From: Anaerolineales bacterium
GTDB taxonomy: Bacteria; Chloroflexota; Anaerolineae; Anaerolineales; UBA4823
Reading direction: 5' to 3'
NCBI GenBank assembly: GCA_027494035.1
Contig: JAOSJQ010000018.1
Location: 28,920-92,919, forward strand
DNA: 64,000 bases
In this document: piece after piece, positions 46,220 to 55,614 of the stretch
Layout: every line of letters begins with the position of its first letter
Numbering within the stretch: the first letter of the stretch is position 1
Translations under genes and position numbers: made by a program
The notes under the pieces: model-generated
Told to the model about the DNA's origin: nothing
The model's database searches: none
What the model saw: the letters and a program-made list of their open reading frames with translations, nothing else

Positions 46220-47014
46220 ATGCAACGGCGCAACTGGAACAAAGTCTTCGTGACGGGGGGCACGGGCTTCATCGGCCTGTACACCGTGTCGGCCCTGGTC
46301 GAGGCGGGCGCGGAAGTGACCGTGCTGGTGCGCCCTGACCACGAGGAAAAGCTTGGCGCGCTGCGCCGCCATGTGCACATGGTGCCCGGCGACGTGTGGA
46401 ACAGCGCCAGCCTCAAGGGGCGCTCGCGCGGGCATGGCGTAGTCGTGCACCTGGTGGGCAGCATTCGCGCCCAGCCGCAGCGCGGCCTGACCTTCCACCA
46501 GCTCAACCTGGTCTCGGCACGCAATGCGATCAGCATGGCCGTCAGCGACGGCGTGCCCTATTTCGTGCTGCTCAGTGCGGCGGTCAGGCCGCTCGGCGTG
46601 TCAGCCGAGTACCTGCGCAGCAAGCGCGAAGCCGAGGACTATCTGCGCAGCAGCGGCCTGCGCTGGACGATTGTGCGCGCGCCACTGGCCTTCGACCGCT
46701 GGGGGCGCGGTGGACGCTTCTTCAGCGTACTGTCGTGGGTTGGGGGGCTGCCGCTGCTGCGCCTGCTCAGCGGGCGGCGCGCGCCGCTGCCCGTTGATGT
46801 CGTCGCGCGGGCCATTGCCCAGGCCGCGCTCCTGCCCGACGTGCCGCGCGACCAGCGTCTCTACGCGAACGATCTGCGCCGGTTAGGGAAGGTGCGCCGC
46901 AGCCGGGCGGATCGCCGCACGCGCGCAGCGCGCCACTCGGAGACTGAGGACGCGCCGCTCGACGGCGAAGTGCCGTTCGGCTGGCTGCCTGGCGGCCCGC
47001 GCCGCGACGAGTGA
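46220..47014 (+). CDS. NAD(P)-dependent epimerase/dehydratase-like (atypical SDR) protein
   Basis: VFVTGGTGFIG, YLRSKREAE, WTIVR. Confidence 0.85.
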   Translation: MQRRNWNKVFVTGGTGFIGLYTVSALVEAGAEVTVLVRPDHEEKLGALRRHVHMVPGDVWNSASLKGRSRGHGVVVHLVGSIRAQPQRGLTFHQLNLVSARNAISMAVSDGVPYFVLLSAAVRPLGVSAEYLRSKREAEDYLRSSGLRWTIVRAPLAFDRWGRGGRFFSVLSWVGGLPLLRLLSGRRAPLPVDVVARAIAQAALLPDVPRDQRLYANDLRRLGKVRRSRADRRTRAARHSETEDAPLDGEVPFGWLPGGPRRDE

Positions 47015-47136
47015 GGGGGTCTCTCCGTGAAAACTTCCGAAGTTTCCGAAAACTTCGGAAGTCTATTGCGGGGCCGGGCGCAGCAGAGCAACGCCTCTAC
47101 GGGACAGTGATAGCTTTGTCCTGGGGGGCGATCCGC

Positions 47137-47721
47137 TCATTCAGCCAGCGGCAGGCCGGACACCTCGCGCAGGAAATAGCGGTGAAAGCGCGAATCCCCG
47201 GACAGTTCCGGGTGGAAGGCCGTCGCCAGCCAGTGCCCCTGGCGCACAGCGACGATGCCTTGTTCGTCCAGCCGCGCCAGCACTTCAACGCCCTCACCGA
47301 CCGCCGTCACCAGCGGCGCGCGAATGAACAGCGCCGGGAATGGCGGAAGGCCGAGCGCCGGCACGTCCAGGTCTGTCTCGAAGCTGTCCACCTGTCGCCC
47401 AAAGGCGTTGCGGTTGACAGTGATATTCATCAGGCCGAGCAGCGGCTGGTCGCGCCCGATGATGTCGCGGGCCAGCATGATCATGCCCGCGCACGTGCCC
47501 CAGACGGGCCTGTGCCGGGCGAACTGGCGCAGCGGCTCCAGCAGCCCATAGCTCACCGCCAGCTTGCCGATGGTTGTGCTCTCGCCGCCGGGGATGATCA
47601 GCGCATCCAGCCCGTCCAACTGCCCCGGCAGGCGCACTTCGACCGGCTGCGCGCCCAGGCTGCGCAGCATCTCTTTGTGCTCCAGGAAGTCCCCTTGTAG
47701 CGCCAACACGCCGACGTTCAT
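47137..47721 (-). CDS. pdxT: pyridoxal 5'-phosphate synthase glutaminase subunit
   Basis: [37 protein letters not shown]; its own promoter-like TTGTTG-17-TACATT lies upstream. Confidence 0.93.
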   Translation of the reverse strand: MNVGVLALQGDFLEHKEMLRSLGAQPVEVRLPGQLDGLDALIIPGGESTTIGKLAVSYGLLEPLRQFARHRPVWGTCAGMIMLARDIIGRDQPLLGLMNITVNRNAFGRQVDSFETDLDVPALGLPPFPALFIRAPLVTAVGEGVEVLARLDEQGIVAVRQGHWLATAFHPELSGDSRFHRYFLREVSGLPLAE

Positions 47722-47820
47722 AGTCGCTCCCCAGCAGGCTCCGCCGGGCCTGCGCCACTCACAGCGCGCGCTCTCTATGCTCGAATGTAGCACCCGCTCT
47801 GCCGCGCAACAAGCCCGTTG

Positions 47821-48483
47821 GACAAAAAGGGCGTAATGGCCGTCTCCTTCACCGGCACCTGGATCGGGATAAACGAAATTAGGCTTAACAGCGATCTTCC
47901 TTGCTGGAAGACCTCCTTCAATCAGCTTCTGACGACCAAAGTCGGTAAGTGCGATATAGAGATCGACCTGCTCCTGCCAGGTCCGTCGCAGGCGATGAAA
48001 GGTAAGGACTGTCGCCACCATCGCCGTCTGCAGGCGCGAGCTACGGTAGCAGGCATGGACCACCCCTGGCCACGGCGGCGTCTTTCCGAGACAATCCTCA
48101 CAGACGTGCCCGTCGCGCAGCAGCAGCGCGTTAGGGCACACCAGACGGTAGTTGTGAACAGTCTGGACAACTGGAACGCCGAGTGACTTGCACGCATGAT
48201 AAACAGATGGGGAGATCATGAAGTGGGTATTGTGCACATGGACAACGTCAGGAGATGACTGCCGGACGAGGCTCTGAACGTCCCTGACCGTGTCCCTGGC
48301 CCATACTGCGCGCAGCGGTAGCAAGAGCTGGCCCCGGAGAGCGAGCAGTTGGACTTCGTCATTCGATCGGGAATAGGTGATCACCTCATGCCCGGCGTGC
48401 CGGAGCATAGCGATCTCCTGCTCGACAACCGAGTCTTCACCTCCGGGCAATTGATAGCGATTGTGAACGACAAGGATTCTCAT
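47821..48483 (-). pseudogene. GT4 glycosyltransferase, N-terminal half only, truncated at about 47820
   Basis: [20 protein letters not shown]...; breaks at YALFV where GRL and the second Rossmann domain should follow. Confidence 0.8.
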
Positions 48484-48561
48484 ACAGCCTTGTCCTATCC
48501 AAAGGTGACCGTGAACAGGAACTGCTCCAACGATGATCGGCAAAAACGATGCTTTACGTGG

Positions 48562-49509
48562 CTAACCAAGCTGCCACCTGACACTCTTTGCCAACCAACG
48601 GGCCGTATCGAGCCAGCGATTGCCCGAGGGTGAGTTCAGAATCGCTTCACGAACCGAGATTGCATCTGCCGCCTCATGCCGGATGATGGTTGGGGGATGT
48701 CTGAGCGGAAAGTTCACCGGGCGAGTGGGCATGGCATGTGTCAGGCGTCGTCTTCGCGTATGCGTGGCATCTGCTCCAACACCTATGTTGGAGACTAGAT
48801 TTCTATCGGGCGTGATTGACAGCCCATGATGCGCCAGACAGGCGAACACCCACTGTGAAGCCCACGAGTGGCCTTTGCCCGCAGCGATCCTTGCCCAACG
48901 AGATCGCCAGAAGTTGCGCTCGTTGCGGCTGCGGAACTGACTGAGGAACTCCTGCCTATTGGGGCTGTCTTTCCACAGCCTCATGTCAACATCGTAGCGT
49001 TGCCACGCTCGCTTCCACGTCGCCCATCCCCAGATATGCGGATAGCGCGAGAAGTAGTAGCTTGCATCAACCGACACCCGTCCTCCCAGGAAATTGTCGC
49101 CGCTGATGTGCATGATTCGAGGCTCTTCACGATAGTAGCCAAGCAACTCCTCACAAAAGCGGAAAAAAGTGACATCCGGTAGGCAATCATCTTCCAGAAT
49201 GATAGCCTCTTCCACCTGGCTGAAAGCCCAGTCGAGGCCACTCGATACCCGGCGCTTGAGACCCAGGTTGGTGTCGGCGTATTCGGTCAGCACTTCACAA
49301 TCCCAATTGACCGACTCGATAGTGGCTCGTGCGGCCTGGCATTGGGCCGTTTCACCCACGTTGCGGGGGCCATCGGCGATTACCAGTAGTTTCCTGGGAC
49401 GCGCTTGCGCAATGACATCGAACACGCGCCGAGTCGTTTCGGGGCGTTTGTAGATGATGAACACAATAGGTGTAGCTAGCTGCGATTTCATGTTGCTGGC
49501 TCGCGTCAA
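48562..49509 (-). CDS. GT-A fold glycosyltransferase (HlpA-like)
   Basis: PIVFIIYKRPETT, LLVIADGPR, NLGLKRRVSSGLDWAF, IILEDD, HIWGWATW. Confidence 0.8.
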   Translation of the reverse strand: MTRASNMKSQLATPIVFIIYKRPETTRRVFDVIAQARPRKLLVIADGPRNVGETAQCQAARATIESVNWDCEVLTEYADTNLGLKRRVSSGLDWAFSQVEEAIILEDDCLPDVTFFRFCEELLGYYREEPRIMHISGDNFLGGRVSVDASYYFSRYPHIWGWATWKRAWQRYDVDMRLWKDSPNRQEFLSQFRSRNERNFWRSRWARIAAGKGHSWASQWVFACLAHHGLSITPDRNLVSNIGVGADATHTRRRRLTHAMPTRPVNFPLRHPPTIIRHEAADAISVREAILNSPSGNRWLDTARWLAKSVRWQLG

Positions 49510-50240
49510 TCAGGGTGATTCACGGTGTCAACTATTCCGGACTGCTGCCTGATAATCAGAGTCGTGACTGTGAAAGAACCTGTTGGTTCGTAGGGGCCTG
49601 GCCCGCGGAAGTGCTGCATTTCCCACCCTGTTGGATCGAACCATGCAAGCCCCTGCTCGTACCAGTCCGAGTTGTCCAAGATGATCAAACCTCCCTGACG
49701 CACTTTGGAGGCGGCATTCCGCAAACATCTCAGGCGATCCCTTCCGTCTACTACGATAATGTCAAACCACTCATCGGGATAAGTGTTGATCTGCGCCGAG
49801 TACTCTCGAAACACATCTGGAACAAGCGTGGCACAAGAAGCTTCGACATCGGACGAAGAAACGCTGCCAGATTCTTCGGATGGCACATACCGCAAGTCTA
49901 CGTTCCTGAAATGCCTTTCTTGTAAGGCGGCAGCAACTCTGCTGAGCCAGGAGTGATCGTGTTCGATAGAGACAACGTGATGTACACGTCCGGCCCAATA
50001 GAGCGTGGAGCCACCGCTGCCCCATTCAAACACCCGCATGGATGTGTCAACGTACGAGGTAAGCCAATCAATCGCAAAGAAATTGAACCAGGGGATGCCA
50101 TCTTCGAATGCATTGCTGCGCCTGATGACACCGCCCAACCATCGCTTGGTGTAGGAGATACTACCTTTTTGAAAAAGCAAAAAAGGTATCCAGTTGCGAA
50201 GCCGCAGCCAGAGTTTATGAGGTTTGTCCAACGCGATCAT
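49506..50240 (-). CDS. class I SAM-dependent methyltransferase
   Basis: FEWGSGGST, SIEHD, DIIVVDGRDR, LIILDNSD; start overlaps the upstream stop. Confidence 0.8.
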   Translation of the reverse strand: MIALDKPHKLWLRLRNWIPFLLFQKGSISYTKRWLGGVIRRSNAFEDGIPWFNFFAIDWLTSYVDTSMRVFEWGSGGSTLYWAGRVHHVVSIEHDHSWLSRVAAALQERHFRNVDLRYVPSEESGSVSSSDVEASCATLVPDVFREYSAQINTYPDEWFDIIVVDGRDRLRCLRNAASKVRQGGLIILDNSDWYEQGLAWFDPTGWEMQHFRGPGPYEPTGSFTVTTLIIRQQSGIVDTVNHPD

Positions 50241-51534
50241 GCTGTTCGACTCCTGGCTTTGCCCCACATAGCGACTAAAGCTGGCAATGGTGTCAGGCTG
50301 CTCAGAACAATTCCAGCAACGGCTCCCCTCAACTCGTAGACTCCGATCAAGAGAACTCCTGCCGTAAGCGTGGTCACGCCCCCGATCATATGGAGAATCA
50401 TTACATCTCGTGTTCTTTCGATGATCCGCAAACCATACTGCCAACTGGCAGTTATAGCAGTCACCAGCGGATGAAGGAGGAAGAACGGTAGAATCCACGT
50501 AGCATGAGAGAATTTGCCCCCATATAGCAAATCCATCAGGGGGTCTCTAAAAAACCACACCGTGAGGAAGAATAAAAGGCACAGCGTTGCCAGCAGAATG
50601 CTGAACGCTCGCATTGCGTCCTCCAACGCCCGCATCCCATAGAGTGCGAAACGCTCGGAAGCCCAGGGCGCAAAAAGCAGGGTGAACGCTGTGATTGCCT
50701 GAGTCAAAGGTAAGACCATGTTTTGTATGGCCTTCAGGCTTGCCACTTCTGCCAGATCGAGAAAGTTCCCCGCCAGCACGAAGTAAGCCCATGTCGAGAG
50801 CCAGCTTGAAACCGACGCCACCAGCATCCAACGACCATACTGCCAGTTCTCGCGGATCAGTCCCTTGGTAGCTCCTGCGGGGAAAGCGCTGGCGGAGACG
50901 CTGCCATAACGCAGAATCACATACTGGAACACGCCACCAACCACGCCAGCCACGCCCATCCACACGAAGGTGCTGAACAGAGTCAGAAGTGCTGAGCGCT
51001 CCAGTAGGTACAATCCCCCGACCAGCGCAACCGAGTAGACTACCGTCCCAAGAAGGGCCTTTCCAGGCTGGTGACGTGTGTAGCACGCGCGCCGGATCCG
51101 CCAGAAGAACAGAATCAGCCCGTGTGCAAGACTCATGCCCACAAGGGCATCGAGCAGAAGTCGGTCCGATCTGATGAGACTGACTGCCCCCAAACTGCTA
51201 TGAGGCCGACGCTGGTGATCACGATAGTGACTGTGTGAAGCCCTATCAGATGCCCCAGGTAGCTCATGAAGTGCTTTGCGTGCCGCACTGGCCCGAAGAT
51301 ACTCATTGGCTCCAAGAACAAGACATTATAGAAGCCAGAGATCAGGAGGAAGATGGCAAAGGTATAGGCATACGCCCCGTAGTCACTCTCGGACATCCAC
51401 CGCGCGAGCAGGATGCTGACAACAAAGTTGGAGCCTGAGAAAACGCCTTGGTCAATGACGGCTAACGTCCCTCTGCGAATCCAACGGGGTTGGATGGCAA
51501 GGTACAACTTGGTCACGTTGTCTGGAAACTGCAT
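50237..51534 (-). pseudogene. polysaccharide flippase (Wzx/MATE-like) with one frameshift near 51190 (probable homopolymer error)
   Basis: ORFs 51133-51558 (DQGVFSGSNF) and 50237-51193 overlap at a TTTGGGGG run. Confidence 0.75.
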
Positions 51535-51570
51535 GGGGCAGGGCCAATCTAGGGGCATCCGAATCGTCCG

Positions 51571-52345
51571 TTAAGTCCTTCTCAGCCCACTAAGTTGCAG
51601 CAGCACATACACTACAAACAATGGGTTATTGATGAGATAACGCCGCCATAGCCGGCGAGGCTCGCACATTAACCGGAAGAACCATTCCAGCCCCGCGCGC
51701 TGCATCCAGCGGGGGGCCTGGCGCTTCAATCCGGCCAGGAAGTCAAACGCTGCCCCCACGCCAATCAGAACTGGGGCATCCAGCTTGTTTCGATGATCAG
51801 CCATCCAAAGCTCTTGTTTCGGCGTGCCCAGTCCAACCCAGACTATGTCAGGCTCTGCCCCATTGATCATCTTTACCACAGACTCATCTTCCGACTCTGT
51901 CAGCGCGCGGAATGGCGGTGAATACGTGCCGACCACTCGAAGGCGCGGAAAACGTTCCCCCAGCCGAACGGCCAGCAGGTCTGGTACCCCTTCCCCTCCG
52001 CCGTAGAAGAAGTGCTTGTGCTCTACTGATCTCTCGCAGAGAGCCAGCATAAGATCAGGGCCGTAAACGCGCTCCACGTGGTTATGGCCATACAAACGAC
52101 TGAGCCACACCAGCGGCATGCCATCTGGCGTAACCAGTCCAGCTTCATTATGAATCTTTTTGATGTGTGTATGACGCTGGCTTTCCATCACCCCGTGTAC
52201 GCCAGTGACAGTCACATACTCGTGAGCGCGCTGGACAATCCAGTTGTTGATGATGTCGAGCGCCATGGTCATGGTAATTGCACTCACACCGACGCCCAGG
52301 ATATTTGTACGTGGCAGAGGATCATACGGAGAGAATTTCCATAGA
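51571..52345 (-). CDS. WecB/TagA/CpsF glycosyltransferase, 5' end lost in low-complexity sequence
   Basis: TPDGMPLVW, RVYGPDLM, VGLGTPKQELW, GVGAAFDF, GLEWFFRL. Confidence 0.9.
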
Positions 52346-52530
52346 AGAACCCCCCCCAGGGGCCCCCCCCAAAAAAAAAGGCGCGAAACAAAAAAAAAAA
52401 AAAAAAAAAGAGGGCCCCCCCCCAACAAAAAAAAAAGAGCGGGCGCGCGCCCCCCGCCCCCCAGCAGGAGGAGGGGGGGCGGCGGCGCCACGGAGAGAGA
52501 GAAGAAGAAAGAGAAGAAAAAAAAAGCGCA
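52346..52530. other. homopolymer-rich low-complexity tract, probable sequencing/assembly artefact
   Basis: Runs of C, A and G, including an A run of about 19; replaces the start of the wecB-like gene. Confidence 0.75.
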
Positions 52531-52654
52531 ACCCGGCTGCCGTGTCATGACCTCATCTCCATGGCGAATGGCGACGCACCCGAAGCCCCAGTATACACAT
52601 AAGAACTGCGGCGCTTTCGGTATTTCTCAGAGAATTCACGACACCGGGGCACCT

Positions 52655-55153
52655 CTATGGCGCTCCGCCAGCAATGTACCGGGGTTCCGCAAGCTCGGCA
52701 TAAGGGTCAGCCCTTAGGATGACTTTGTGAATAGAGGCGGCGTTGTCCCCGTTGCCGCGCTCTTCTTCGCGGTCAGCCAGCCTCAGCCACGGTTCATAGG
52801 CAATCGGGCTCATGACCGGCACGCGCGCTTGTGGAAGGACGTCGAGTGTCCCTTCCATGCGATAGAACGCGGCGAACGCGTGGCGGTAATCGGCGGGAAT
52901 CTGGGCTGCCTGGATCAGATAAGAGTCACTGTGCCCAGCCCCGCGCGCTTCTTCTAGGCGGGCCAGGATATACCAGCCCCAGTAAGCCTGAGTGCCGCGC
53001 AGAAAGAGCGCTTTGCGCGCCAGCTTCTCCGCTGCCTCGGCTGTAGCAGCGTCCGGCGCACCCGCGTGCAGAAGCCGCTCTGCTTCAAGCAGATCGCTGT
53101 TGATGTGGGCATGATAGCAATAGATGCACGGCGTATCGGCCCCCGCCGGCCACAGGATCGCTAATTTTCGCCGGATAGCAAGTGAGAGGGTGCCCTCCTC
53201 GGCAGACGCGGCCAGCTCGGCCAGTCGCTCGAAGTCGCCGGAGTAGAGCAGAAGGTCAATTTCTGTGGCTGTGCCCTTGAAATGCTCGAGGGCCTCCTGG
53301 GGGAAGTTCGCGAGTTGCTCATGGTTACCCCAGAAGCTGGAGGCGATGAGCCACGGCCTGTCGGCAAGCGCCTTCAGCAAGCTATCGCGTCCAGCGTCGA
53401 GGTCTCCTGCCAGCACCAGGTACTCGCCCAATTTGAACCGGTAGTCTCTGATCAGAGGGTCTCGGGCTGATGCAGCTTGCTCCGCTTCGACGGCCTGCTG
53501 GTAGCGTCCGGCCTGGGCGTAGAGGGCCGCGAGGTTGTGCCAGCCCAGATCCCAGGCTGGCATGAGGGTCACGCTGCTCTCGAAGGCGCTGATGGCCTCT
53601 GCCAGGTACGCCTCAGGGTCATCATAGGCCAGCTTGCCCAGGACAGTCGCTTCTTCAAGCTGGTAGAGGTCAAGCCACGGATCGGCATCTTGCGCTTGGC
53701 GCACTGTCTCTAGAGCTTCGGCGTAATGCTCCTGCCCGTTCAACGCCATGAAGCGAAACTGTTTGAGCGCGCCCTGGTGGATGGGCAGAAAGGCGATCTG
53801 GCAAGCCACCAGGACGACCGCGGTCCCAACGTATTCCAGGCGAGCGCGGCGGACATAAGAATGCGCCGCGCGCACCTGACCCTTCGACTGAGGGTCGTGA
53901 GCGGCTGTGTACGCCAAGATGATCAGCAGCGGGATCATCAGTTGTGTTTGGAGAAACGCATCCACCATATTGTGGACACTGAACGCCAACAGCGCGGCCA
54001 GCCCTGCCTCGAGTCGACGGCGAGTGGCTGGCGGTGCGCTGGTCCAGGCCGACCGCCAGACCCGGCCAAAGCGCACCAACAAGGCAGTTGATAGCGTCAG
54101 CAGAACGATGCCCCCTTCGGCGCTGACATTGAAGAACAGGTTGTGGGCATGATTCAGGGATATGTAGCTGTAAGACCCCGGCCAGTTGCCATAGTACAGC
54201 CGGATTCCCTTGAACAGATACGGGCCAACCCCCAGCCACGGCTGATCCTGAAACATGCGAACCGCGCTGTACCACAGGTCCATCCGCGTCACGTCATTGG
54301 GGTTCGGGCGGCTGGGGTTGATGATGATCTGATATAGCACGAGGACAGCGATACCTCCGCCGACAGCCGCCGCCGACAGCAGAGTGCGAGGCCGGAGGAG
54401 CATCTGCAGGCGTCTCGGGAAGCGAGCACGAACATCAGCCCGCAGCAGCCAGATCACAGTCATGAAGCCAGCGAGTGCAACCAGAGCCAGATACGCACCG
54501 CGCGACTGCGTCAGCAGCACCACACCGATCAGTCCGCCGGTGAGGGCGCGCAGCCCCCAGCGCAAGTCGCTTTGAGGCGTGGTGTTGCCCCAGGCCAGGG
54601 ACAGCGGGATCAGTACGACCGCGTATGCGCCGGTAGGATTGTTGTGGGCGAGAGGCAGGCTCAGTTCATTGAGGCTTGGGGGGAGTGTGTAGCCCCCGAT
54701 CTCGGGCCAGCCCTGCGCGAATTGTGGCAGCAGCTGGGAGATGCCGAAGTACCACATAATCATCTCAGCGGCACCCAACAGGATGATCACGCCCCCAACC
54801 ACGAACAAGGCTTCCATTAGCCAGCGTTGGTGACCGCTTCGCACGAGATCCACGAAGACAAGGAACAGAACAACGTGCACAAAGGTCATCCAGACAAACT
54901 CAAAACTGACACGCAGATTCTCGCCCAGCAGCGCAGCCAGCAGCCACCCTGCGGTGAGTGCCCACAGAGGACCGTTCAGGCGGGTGACGGGAAACGAACG
55001 GTGTCTCAGGCTGACCAGCCAGGTGGCGATGAGAAGAGCACTACCAACTTGGTGGATAATCTTGACACGAGGGTGAATCTCGACGTCACCGCCCGCAAAG
55101 GTGGCGTACACAACCAGGAAGATCACCAAGAATCGCATGAGCCGGGAAGCCAC
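52655..55153 (-). CDS. O-antigen ligase/polymerase-family membrane protein with C-terminal TPR-like repeats
   Basis: Multiple TM helices, HNNPTG, TQSRGAY, RMDLW...PWLGVG, HAHNLFF. Confidence 0.85.
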   Translation of the reverse strand: MASRLMRFLVIFLVVYATFAGGDVEIHPRVKIIHQVGSALLIATWLVSLRHRSFPVTRLNGPLWALTAGWLLAALLGENLRVSFEFVWMTFVHVVLFLVFVDLVRSGHQRWLMEALFVVGGVIILLGAAEMIMWYFGISQLLPQFAQGWPEIGGYTLPPSLNELSLPLAHNNPTGAYAVVLIPLSLAWGNTTPQSDLRWGLRALTGGLIGVVLLTQSRGAYLALVALAGFMTVIWLLRADVRARFPRRLQMLLRPRTLLSAAAVGGGIAVLVLYQIIINPSRPNPNDVTRMDLWYSAVRMFQDQPWLGVGPYLFKGIRLYYGNWPGSYSYISLNHAHNLFFNVSAEGGIVLLTLSTALLVRFGRVWRSAWTSAPPATRRRLEAGLAALLAFSVHNMVDAFLQTQLMIPLLIILAYTAAHDPQSKGQVRAAHSYVRRARLEYVGTAVVLVACQIAFLPIHQGALKQFRFMALNGQEHYAEALETVRQAQDADPWLDLYQLEEATVLGKLAYDDPEAYLAEAISAFESSVTLMPAWDLGWHNLAALYAQAGRYQQAVEAEQAASARDPLIRDYRFKLGEYLVLAGDLDAGRDSLLKALADRPWLIASSFWGNHEQLANFPQEALEHFKGTATEIDLLLYSGDFERLAELAASAEEGTLSLAIRRKLAILWPAGADTPCIYCYHAHINSDLLEAERLLHAGAPDAATAEAAEKLARKALFLRGTQAYWGWYILARLEEARGAGHSDSYLIQAAQIPADYRHAFAAFYRMEGTLDVLPQARVPVMSPIAYEPWLRLADREEERGNGDNAASIHKVILRADPYAELAEPRYIAGGAP

Positions 55154-55314
55154 GATCTGTCACCGTTTTGGTAGCCCGGTTGGGTATTCTGGCACAGAGG
55201 CGATACTCACACAAGTCGGCTGCACGACCCCTTTTCCGACCGGGTTCTTTTTCCTAAGCTCGCTTCCGCCGCCTAAGCACGGTCTGGTGATTATTGGTTG
55301 TTGGTTATTGGTTG

Positions 55315-55614
55315 TTGGTGAAAACAGCTTTGCTACCGGGGTGTCTCTCACCAACAACCAGAAACCAATAACCAACAACCTCTTTCGTGGTTGGTGAAAG
55401 CAGCTTTGCGACCGGGGTGTCTCTCACCAACAACCAGAAACCAATAACCAACAACCTCTTTCGTGGTTGGTGAAAGCAGCTTTGCGACCGGGGTGTCTCT
55501 CACCAACAACCAGAAACCAATAACCAACAACCTCTTTCGTGGTTGGTGAAAACAGCTTTGCTACCGGAGTGTCTCTCACCAACAACCAGAAACCAATAAC
55601 CAACAACCTCTTTC
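55315..55614. repeat. intergenic tandem repeat, four copies of a 76-bp unit with an internal hairpin and heptamer tails
   Basis: Units start at 55315, 55391, 55467 and 55543; each has TTGGTGA...TCACCAA followed by CAACCAG/AAACCAA/TAACCAA heptamers. Confidence 0.9.

Noticed and set aside
47137-48543. Novel glycosyltransferase-PdxT fusion protein (468-aa ORF)
   Set aside because: The GT is cut mid-fold, the linker is pdxT's promoter region read by chance, and pdxT has its own start.
52346-52530. Phase-variable or poly-Lys/Phe coding tract
   Set aside because: Irregular mixed homopolymers that destroy a gene start look like low-quality read sequence, not a simple-sequence contingency locus.
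55315-55614. Possible CRISPR array
   Set aside because: Units are near-identical over their full 76 bp, with no unique spacers and no cas genes in the window.
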